NCBI GenBank assembly: GCA_049424145.1
Contig: JBMSSC010000061.1
Location: 1-15,342, forward strand
From: Bdellovibrionia bacterium
GTDB taxonomy: Bacteria > Bdellovibrionota > UBA1018
DNA length: 15,342 nt
Direction of reading: 5' to 3'
Shown in pieces: positions 7,729 to 14,378 of this stretch; position 1 is the stretch's first letter; the number at the start of each line of letters is the position of its first letter. The notes beneath the pieces were generated by a model that worked only from the letters and a program-made list of their open reading frames with translations, was not told the origin of the DNA and did no database searches. Position numbers and translations under genes: made by a program.

Positions 7729-8199
7729 TTATTTTTTTCTAAAAAGGAAACTAAAGTATTTTTCAGGTACATCATCAAACTCCGCCTCCCCAGAACATTT
7801 TTTACATTTCATCTTAGGAATTTTTGAACCACTTTTTTGAATTTCATTGGATTGAAATAAAGCTAAAAACTCGGCGTGGCATTTCTTACAAACGAAAGGA
7901 ACAAAAAGAGACTCCACTGTTCCATGACTGATAAAATTAGAAATCAAATTCATCTGATCCACGACGCTCGGGGAGCACTCAAAAAATCGAAGCCTTGTTT
8001 TTGTACTTTGGCATTTTTGAAAGTACTTAATCCAGCTTCGAACTCCATCAGAATTGATTCGAGACACTTCTTTGCAGTAAATATCCAGCGCCGCAGGAGG
8101 AGAACCTAATTCACGCTCAAACCCTGCATTTTCCTCAATCGCTCCAATGAGTCGAACCACCAGGGTATCACCCTGCTGCTTTTTTATGATCTGAAGCAC
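7729..8199 (-). CDS. STAS-like protein with C-terminal zinc ribbon, copy B
   Basis: Gapless paralog of copy A (99/154 identical by hand count); RINSDGV, CKKC twice. GTG start at 8199 or 8202 after AGAGGGGG. Confidence 0.75.
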   Translation of the reverse strand: MLQIIKKQQGDTLVVRLIGAIEENAGFERELGSPPAALDIYCKEVSRINSDGVRSWIKYFQKCQSTKTRLRFFECSPSVVDQMNLISNFISHGTVESLFVPFVCKKCHAEFLALFQSNEIQKSGSKIPKMKCKKCSGEAEFDDVPEKYFSFLFRKK

Positions 8200-8215
8200 C
8201 ACTTCCCCCTCTTTT

Positions 8216-8247
8216 AAAAAAGCTCCCCTCGAACCGAAGAGCAGCTC
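8216..8247 (-). terminator. Terminator/attenuator-like hairpin directly upstream of the STAS-B SD
   Basis: Minus strand GAGCU-G-CUCUUCG-GUU-CGAGGGG-AGCU then UUUUU; its G-U pairs form only on the minus strand. Confidence 0.55.
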
Positions 8248-8258
8248 GTCGCACGATC

Positions 8259-8286
8259 ATTTTAATTCTATCTTAAGAAATGTGAA
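8259..8286 (-). promoter_or_regulatory. Putative sigma70 promoter for the STAS/kinase operon
   Basis: TTCACA-N16-TAAAAT with an AT-rich UP-like tract upstream; chance matches are common in AT-rich DNA. Confidence 0.45.
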
Positions 8287-8356
8287 TATTATTTAAAAAA
8301 ATAAAATAAAAGGGAGGATAGACTACAGAAAATCTTGACTAAAAGGGTCTAAAAAC

Positions 8357-8563
8357 TCAGCGAAGCGAGCGATCGGAACGATCCGAGAGCGGCTCTTCTA
8401 ACTTCCCCTGAGAGGAATTCTCCCAACCCTTACCTTCTAAACCGTTTTTGAAAGCCCCTAAGCCTTTACCTAAAGCATGGCCCAACTCAGGAAGCCTTCG
8501 ATGCCCGAAAAGTAAAACCACAAGAGAAACGATCAATAAATGACCTAGACTTAAGCCGAACAT
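8357..8563 (-). CDS. tatA: Twin-arginine translocase TatA/TatE subunit
   Basis: N-terminal TM helix, LLFG hinge, RLPELGHALGKGLGAFK amphipathic helix and charged tail; AGGA 7 nt upstream. Confidence 0.93.
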   Translation of the reverse strand: MFGLSLGHLLIVSLVVLLFGHRRLPELGHALGKGLGAFKNGLEGKGWENSSQGKLEEPLSDRSDRSLR

Positions 8564-8674
8564 ACTCGTGTCCTACCTGAATTAAGGATTGGCGTCAAAT
8601 CCGATTCTGAGCTAGGCTCTCCCTGAATTTTTGACTGTTTGAATTGTTGACCCAAGAAAGCGGACCCTGACACC

Positions 8675-9391
8675 ATGAAACCCATCGAACTTCTTTGTAC
8701 CGTGACCTCCTTTAAAACCATCACTCCCACTGTATTTGAGCTGGGATTTCAAGCGAGCCCCTCTTTTTCGTTTCAAGCAGGACAGTTCATCAGCGTGATC
8801 ATTCCAGGAGCGGGACCTAAGGGTCGAGATCTCAGGCGTGCTTACTCTATTGCCTCTTCTGCTGAAGCCAACTCCATTGAATTATGCATCAAACTAGTTG
8901 AAGGCGGCCCAGGCACTCAGTACCTCTTTCAACTCAGGCCTGAGGACACGTTTAAAGCCATCGGTCCCTATGGGGATTTCACTTATCAAACCCCAAAAAC
9001 CAAACAGGCCTGCTTCATTGCAACGGGTACGGGCATTGCTCCGTTTCGGTCCATGGTTCTTTCACAAGCCTACCAAGCACAACCCCCGCTTCGGGCGATT
9101 TGCCTCTTAGGTGTAAGAACAGAGGACGAACTGCTTTACGCGGATGTTTTCAAAACAATTCCGAAGCTGACGTTTGTGGAAGCCGTTTCCCAGCCCCAGG
9201 CCAAGTGGAATGGGTTCAAAGGGCGCGTAACGGATTACCTTCGCAGCATGGCCCAGAGCGAATCTCAATGGGATTGGCTCAATACCGATTACTACCTCTG
9301 CGGTAATGGCTCTATGATTGCGGAAGTGAAAGCTTTTTTAGCTGAAAAAGGGGTCCCCAAAGAATCTATTCATCTAGAGAAGTACTACTGA
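8675..9391 (+). CDS. FNR-like FAD/NAD(P)-binding oxidoreductase without a 2Fe-2S domain
   Basis: FQAGQF, RRAYSIAS, GPYG, ATGTGIAPF, YYLCG and C-terminal EKYY. Confidence 0.92.
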   Translation: MKPIELLCTVTSFKTITPTVFELGFQASPSFSFQAGQFISVIIPGAGPKGRDLRRAYSIASSAEANSIELCIKLVEGGPGTQYLFQLRPEDTFKAIGPYGDFTYQTPKTKQACFIATGTGIAPFRSMVLSQAYQAQPPLRAICLLGVRTEDELLYADVFKTIPKLTFVEAVSQPQAKWNGFKGRVTDYLRSMAQSESQWDWLNTDYYLCGNGSMIAEVKAFLAEKGVPKESIHLEKYY

Positions 9392-9428
9392 GATCAGGAT
9401 CACCCATCAAGCGGCTTTCTCTCAGAGA

Positions 9429-12137
9429 TCACCCCACCTGCTTGAATCGAGGAGTTGAGGGTGCCGCGTATGCTGGGCCAGAGGAGGTCAGACGCTGAAG
9501 AATCTCCTCTAGATCTAAAGCACAAATGGTTTCCTCTTTGGAAATGTAGTTTCCTAAGATTCCAAACTCCTTCTTCAAAGGGACGATAGGAGGATGAGTC
9601 ACTTGGCGGATGTCCATGATCTTGCGAACGACAAAACCATAAAAATTCTTCCCGTGACTAAAAATAATCGTGCTCAGTTTCTCCCCGTATCGATTGAAAT
9701 CAGGTTGGCTCTGAAACAAGAACGCCTCTAAATCAATTAAAGTGAGGATCTGCCCCCGGTACGCCATCACTCGCTCGCCTGCCGAGGAGCGCACTTGAGC
9801 CAACTCGATTTCCTCAATCCGAAAAACGGAGGGCTGAGAAATCGCATAGTTTCCGCGCTGAAACAGCTCAAATAGAAGAACTGAACTTAAGGACTGGTGG
9901 TTTTTTTCCAAATCTTGGACCGGTTTCAACCGCCTTTCTGAAGCACTTTTTTGAACTGCACCTTTGACGGCAGCGTGATTCAGTAGTCCTTGGGGATCTA
10001 AAATCAAACCCACCGTTCCATCATCTAAAAACGTTGCGCCCTGATATAAATCCAGTGATTTCAGCCGACCCTGTAAGGCCTTAATCACCGTATCCTCGAC
10101 ATTCATCACCACATCCACCACCAGAGCTGCCGTTCTAGATCCCACCTGAACCACAATGAGATTCATCTCTTCATCCACCGCCAAATCGGTTTGGACCAAA
10201 CCTAAGAGTTTGGCTAAATGAATGATCGGCACCAATTGGTCCTCAAAAATGAGGGTCAATGAGCCCTGTAGAGGAAAAAGGAGATCACTTCGATTCGAAT
10301 CGGTGACTTTTAATACTCTAAGAATATCATCTTGCGGCAACCCAAACTCAAACCCTCCGGCCTCCACAAATAGACAGTTGGTGATTAACACCGACTTCAA
10401 CACCGGTAAGGTCAGGACAAACTTAGACCCTAGTCCTTTTTTAGAGAAAATCTTAATCTTTCCCCCTAGGCTTTGAACCTGGGACTTCACCATGGACATT
10501 CCCACTCCGCGACCTGAGATGTCCGTGACTTTTTCTGCAGTGGAAAATCCCGACTCAAAGATCATTCCATAGAGTTCATCAGGTAACAATCGTTCGGCTT
10601 CTTCACGAGTGTGAGAACCATTTTTTATCAGACGATTTTTAATAGCCTCTTCACTAATTCCTCGCCCATCATCTTCAATCTCAACAATCACCAGATCACT
10701 CTGGGTTTTTGCAGTAATCGTAATTTTCCCCGCACGATTTTTGCCCACTTGAACTCGATCCTCGGGCTTCTCAATGCCATGATCAATGCTGTTTCGAATG
10801 ATATGAATTAAACTATTGCTTAAAACCTCAGCAATTGCGGTATCGACTCGAAGCTCCTGACCTTCAATCAAAAGCTCCGCCTCTTTTCCCAAAAGTTTGG
10901 TCGTATCACGAATGGCTCGATTTAAAGGCCGTAAGATATTTTTTACTGAAACTTTTCTAATTTCCGTGATCTTCGACTGCACACTACTGTTGACGTGATG
11001 AAGCTCTTCTAGAAGCTCCACCAACATCACAACATCCTTATCCCCTGCGTACTGCTTTTCAATGGCTCGAACACATTTGTTCAGCATGTTGCGGATCACC
11101 GTCATCTCACCTGAGATTTGCATGAACTCATCCAATAAACTCACTGCAACCTTCAGCTCCGATGGTCCTTTCGTTTGATCTTTCTTTGCGCCTCCATCGG
11201 CAGGCTCCGCAACGGGGGCCGCGCTCTGTGCTTGAGGCTGATCAAATTTCTTTTTTGGTTCCAAAGACTTTCCTTCTAACGAAGGCTTCTCCGATTGAAC
11301 ATCGGACTCAAAAACCTCAGCAATTAAGCTCTCCACATCCTGCTGTTTGAAGCTTCCAGTTCTCATCTCCAGAAGAAGCTCTTTGAGCTGGTCTAAGCCT
11401 TTTAAGATGATCGATACTGTTCGTCCGTTTAACTCAATTTCTTTTCTCTGCGCTTTCTTTAAAATCTCTTCAAACTTGTGAGCAAAACGATTGAGCGTCT
11501 TGGGCTCAAAAAAACTACTGGCTCCTTTAATCGTATGAACGATCCCAAAACAAAGGTTAATGGCTTCCATATCTTCAGGATCTTGCTCCAAGCGCAGAGC
11601 TAAATCCTCTGCCTGCTCAAGATTCGATAGCGACTCTTCGATCACGGCTTTGAGAATCTCACGGTCCTCTTTGATGGAAAGAAGACGATCGATCACTCCT
11701 TTTTTAATAAACTCCAGGATCTGCGGCTCCGTTAAAGGATGAAGAAAAACGAACTTCTTCTCCAGATCCACCCCGTAAGACTGAAGCTCAGCAGGGCCCC
11801 GCTCTGCGCAGATCGCTAAAGGAAGCTGCGCCCCCATCTGCGCTCTGAAATCGAGTGCGTCTTTTTGATTCAAATTCCAGCCTTTTCCAATCAGCCACGC
11901 CCAGTCAATGACAACTCCCAGGATCATGCTCTGATGAAGCTGAATCCACTTGAGTCCCTCCTGCGGGTCGGCACAGAGAAACGGATGAACCCCTAGGGTG
12001 AGCAGAGTTCCCTCAAAGGTCTTTCGATCTTCTAAGGAATCACCCAAATAAACCATGTGATAAGGATCCGCACTCAGCGTCTTCTTCAGTTCCTCAAGAG
12101 AGATCTTCCAAGTGCTTGCCGAACCATTTTCAATCAT
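9429..12137 (-). CDS. cheA: CheA-type histidine kinase: REC-like, Hpt, dimerisation, HATPase, CheW, CheW
   Basis: Hpt VHTIKGAS, LLDEFMQISGEM, HIIRNSIDHGIE, EDDGRGI, GFSTAEKVTDISGRGVGM; two CheW-like repeats at the C-terminus; receiver-like N-terminus. Confidence 0.93.
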   Translation of the reverse strand: MIENGSASTWKISLEELKKTLSADPYHMVYLGDSLEDRKTFEGTLLTLGVHPFLCADPQEGLKWIQLHQSMILGVVIDWAWLIGKGWNLNQKDALDFRAQMGAQLPLAICAERGPAELQSYGVDLEKKFVFLHPLTEPQILEFIKKGVIDRLLSIKEDREILKAVIEESLSNLEQAEDLALRLEQDPEDMEAINLCFGIVHTIKGASSFFEPKTLNRFAHKFEEILKKAQRKEIELNGRTVSIILKGLDQLKELLLEMRTGSFKQQDVESLIAEVFESDVQSEKPSLEGKSLEPKKKFDQPQAQSAAPVAEPADGGAKKDQTKGPSELKVAVSLLDEFMQISGEMTVIRNMLNKCVRAIEKQYAGDKDVVMLVELLEELHHVNSSVQSKITEIRKVSVKNILRPLNRAIRDTTKLLGKEAELLIEGQELRVDTAIAEVLSNSLIHIIRNSIDHGIEKPEDRVQVGKNRAGKITITAKTQSDLVIVEIEDDGRGISEEAIKNRLIKNGSHTREEAERLLPDELYGMIFESGFSTAEKVTDISGRGVGMSMVKSQVQSLGGKIKIFSKKGLGSKFVLTLPVLKSVLITNCLFVEAGGFEFGLPQDDILRVLKVTDSNRSDLLFPLQGSLTLIFEDQLVPIIHLAKLLGLVQTDLAVDEEMNLIVVQVGSRTAALVVDVVMNVEDTVIKALQGRLKSLDLYQGATFLDDGTVGLILDPQGLLNHAAVKGAVQKSASERRLKPVQDLEKNHQSLSSVLLFELFQRGNYAISQPSVFRIEEIELAQVRSSAGERVMAYRGQILTLIDLEAFLFQSQPDFNRYGEKLSTIIFSHGKNFYGFVVRKIMDIRQVTHPPIVPLKKEFGILGNYISKEETICALDLEEILQRLTSSGPAYAAPSTPRFKQVG

Positions 12138-12164
12138 GAGTCTTCCGCCTTTTCCCCTTAGCCT

Positions 12165-12245
12165 GAGGATCGGGCCCCTGAGAAGAACGAAGGTTCTTCA
12201 CCGTCACCGCTGAGCTTAAGCTTGCTCAGTTCAAGGGCACTCCTC
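12165..12245 (-). ncRNA. Structured 5' leader of cheA (three-way junction, candidate cis-regulatory RNA)
   Basis: Helices GAGGA/UCCUC, GCCCUUGA/UCAGGGGC, CUGAGC/GCUCAG and GAAGAAC/GUUCUUC, paired by hand. Confidence 0.45.
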
Positions 12246-12253
12246 CACCTTCT

Positions 12254-12280
12254 TTATCGGATCAAAAACGGAATCAATTA
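12254..12280 (-). promoter_or_regulatory. Sigma28 (FliA)-type promoter of cheA
   Basis: TAAT-N15-TCCGATAA versus consensus TAAA-N15-GCCGATAA, upstream of a chemotaxis gene. Confidence 0.7.
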
Positions 12281-12551
12281 TAGGGGACTGCATTTAAAAC
12301 CCAGGCGGCGTTTCACTTTTCACCAGATCTATTTGATTTTATTACCTAATTTTTTATAACCAGCCCTGAAAAAACGGTGAGGATTTGCCCCCCCTCTGCT
12401 TGCCCTCTCACTTGGAGGAAGAGGGGTTCGACTGGATCGAGGCCCATCAACCGAGAAATTTTAGCCCAGTACGAACTTCGGTTCGGCAGATTTAACCTAT
12501 TTTTCTTTTTTCAAAAAGAACGGATACTAAAAAGGGAGACTAAGAATCCTT

Positions 12552-13481
12552 ATGAGCGCAACGGCATTTCAAAAAGGAAATCCAAGTTCGATTATCCCCA
12601 TTCATTCGAACCAGGCCCCTCCTCAGCCTTCATCACCCTATGATCCGGCCTTAAATACAAAACCCCTAACAGAGCCCTATCTCCCCGATTCTCGCTCACT
12701 ACCGCCGTCGCTCCCAGGCGTGAGCCATGAACTGGAGCGCTACTTTGCCGCAGCTAAACAGATCGAAGCTGCCTTCAATCATGAGCAAGTCCTAAATCGT
12801 CGCTACCAAGATGAGATCCGGGACCTACAGATTCAGTACTCACGCCTCGCTCAGGAGTCTGACACGCGAATTCGTGATCAACTCGTTCGCGAAGAACGAC
12901 TGAAGTCTCAACTCAGCACTCAAGCCATGACGTTTCAACAGTCTGAAAAAATCCTTCAAAATCAACTGAGCGATCTGTCCAGGCAAGTGGAAAAGCTGCG
13001 CGATGAGCGGAATAAAGCCGATTTAGAGGTAGAACTCACCAAAGCCAATCTTGATTACATGAAACAGAGGGAGGAAACCCTCACCATCAGCATTCAGAAT
13101 TTAAAAAACAATGAGAAAGCTCAAACCGAGACCCTCACCAAACTCACGCAACAAATCAAGGAGCTCACCTCCCAGGTCGATCGTTACAAAGCCTCTTGGC
13201 AGCAAGTCTCTGAGCTGGAGAAAAAAGCAAAGGCCGTGATTGAGGAGAACCCGAACTTAAAACAGACCATTGAAGAGCTCCGAGAATCCGTGAAGGCAGA
13301 AAAGCAGAAGTCAGAGCAGATCCAAGAGGTTCTAACCAAAGAGAGACGTGAAAAAAGAATTGCATTAAGCTGTCTTCATACGGCTGAGGCCAAGATCACG
13401 CAATTATCTTGGGAACTGGAGAACATGAAGAAAAACTATGAAAAAAGCATCGACGGATCGGTCTTTGAACTGACCCTCTAG
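12552..13481 (+). CDS. Hypothetical coiled-coil protein with Pro/Ser-rich N-terminus
   Basis: 309 aa; first ~55 residues Pro/Ser-rich, then ~240 residues of E/Q/K/L-rich heptad-like helix; GGGAG upstream. Confidence 0.85.
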   Translation: MSATAFQKGNPSSIIPIHSNQAPPQPSSPYDPALNTKPLTEPYLPDSRSLPPSLPGVSHELERYFAAAKQIEAAFNHEQVLNRRYQDEIRDLQIQYSRLAQESDTRIRDQLVREERLKSQLSTQAMTFQQSEKILQNQLSDLSRQVEKLRDERNKADLEVELTKANLDYMKQREETLTISIQNLKNNEKAQTETLTKLTQQIKELTSQVDRYKASWQQVSELEKKAKAVIEENPNLKQTIEELRESVKAEKQKSEQIQEVLTKERREKRIALSCLHTAEAKITQLSWELENMKKNYEKSIDGSVFELTL

Positions 13482-13543
13482 ATGAGCACTTCCCCGCTCG
13501 GATGAATTTAAACTTTTGGATCGAAAAAGAAGGAAAATCAATC

Positions 13544-14374
13544 ATGAGCCAAATCAGCGAAAACCCAATTCCAATCGAAGAAATCCTGATTCAAAAAAAC
13601 TGGGTCCGAGAAGCAGACCTCGCCCAAGTCTGGGTCGACCAACTGAGTCAACTCCCTCATGTGGGGCAAATCCTTTTTGACTTACAGCTCTTAAACCCGA
13701 CACAGCTCTTAGACGTATTGGAGCTACAATCCGCAGAGAGGATTAGTTTTCAGGAGGCTCTGGTTCAAAAAAACCTCTGGAATGAAGACATAGAAAAAAA
13801 AGTGACTCAAGTCCTGGAGGCGTCCGCGCGCCCCTTGCTCGATCTTTTGATCCAAAAAGGATTATTAAAACCCGAGTCCATCCCTCAAATCCTAGGTGAC
13901 ACTCACCAAACTACCCCAGCCGCCTCGGAATCTAAGACTCCACCCAATGGGACCCCCGTATTTTCTGCATTAGACGAAGAAAAAATCAAAAATGCACAAT
14001 TCCTATTCAGCACACTAAAGGCAGGTGTCGATGATGCGGACATGGCTCGTCCAATTTTAGATGAAATCCAAGTGGAGCTCCGAGCCTTAATGCCCATCCT
14101 GCTTTCCAGCGCCTCAAAATCGGTTCAAACACTCACCACCGAGTTTGAACAGTTCCTCGTTCAATGCAGGGAGCAAGTGAACCAAAGCCAACTCCAACTC
14201 GTACAGCCCACATCCGACCTGGGAGAGAAATTCTTTGGGCTGATCCTCGAGCTAAAAAAGTCCCTCAGCCCTGAGCAGGAGTTGGAAGCCACCCTTGCTC
14301 AAGCGCCCTATGCGGCTACTTGGGAGCTTTTGGTGAAAATCGTCAAAAGTTTTGCAAGCTCAGTGAAGCCCTAA
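13544..14374 (+). CDS. Hypothetical protein with degenerate MshEN-like repeats and a C-terminal Hpt-like helical bundle
   Basis: Repeats IEEILIQKNWV, VGQILFDLQLL...LLDVLELQ, FQEALVQKNLW and LLDLLIQKGLL. Start probably ATG 13544 (AAGGA upstream); ORF track gives 13502. Confidence 0.6.
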   Translation: MSQISENPIPIEEILIQKNWVREADLAQVWVDQLSQLPHVGQILFDLQLLNPTQLLDVLELQSAERISFQEALVQKNLWNEDIEKKVTQVLEASARPLLDLLIQKGLLKPESIPQILGDTHQTTPAASESKTPPNGTPVFSALDEEKIKNAQFLFSTLKAGVDDADMARPILDEIQVELRALMPILLSSASKSVQTLTTEFEQFLVQCREQVNQSQLQLVQPTSDLGEKFFGLILELKKSLSPEQELEATLAQAPYAATWELLVKIVKSFASSVKP

Positions 14375-14378
14375 CTCC

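Noticed and set aside
9049..10497. 8-nt matches to the putative guide seed CCATGGAC (9049-9056 minus strand, 10490-10497 plus strand)
   Set aside because: An 8-mer is expected about 0.5 times by chance in 30 kb of both strands; the matches do not extend and share no common upstream TAM.
12161..12246. Glycine riboswitch resemblance (GGAG...GAAG...CUCAGG)
   Set aside because: Lacks GGAGA and the CC-GAAG pairing partner for CUCAGG; the downstream gene is unrelated to glycine.
12423..12445. tmRNA/tRNA-like GGGG...GTTCGA sequence
   Set aside because: No cloverleaf, no matching acceptor stem or CCA end, and no tag ORF.
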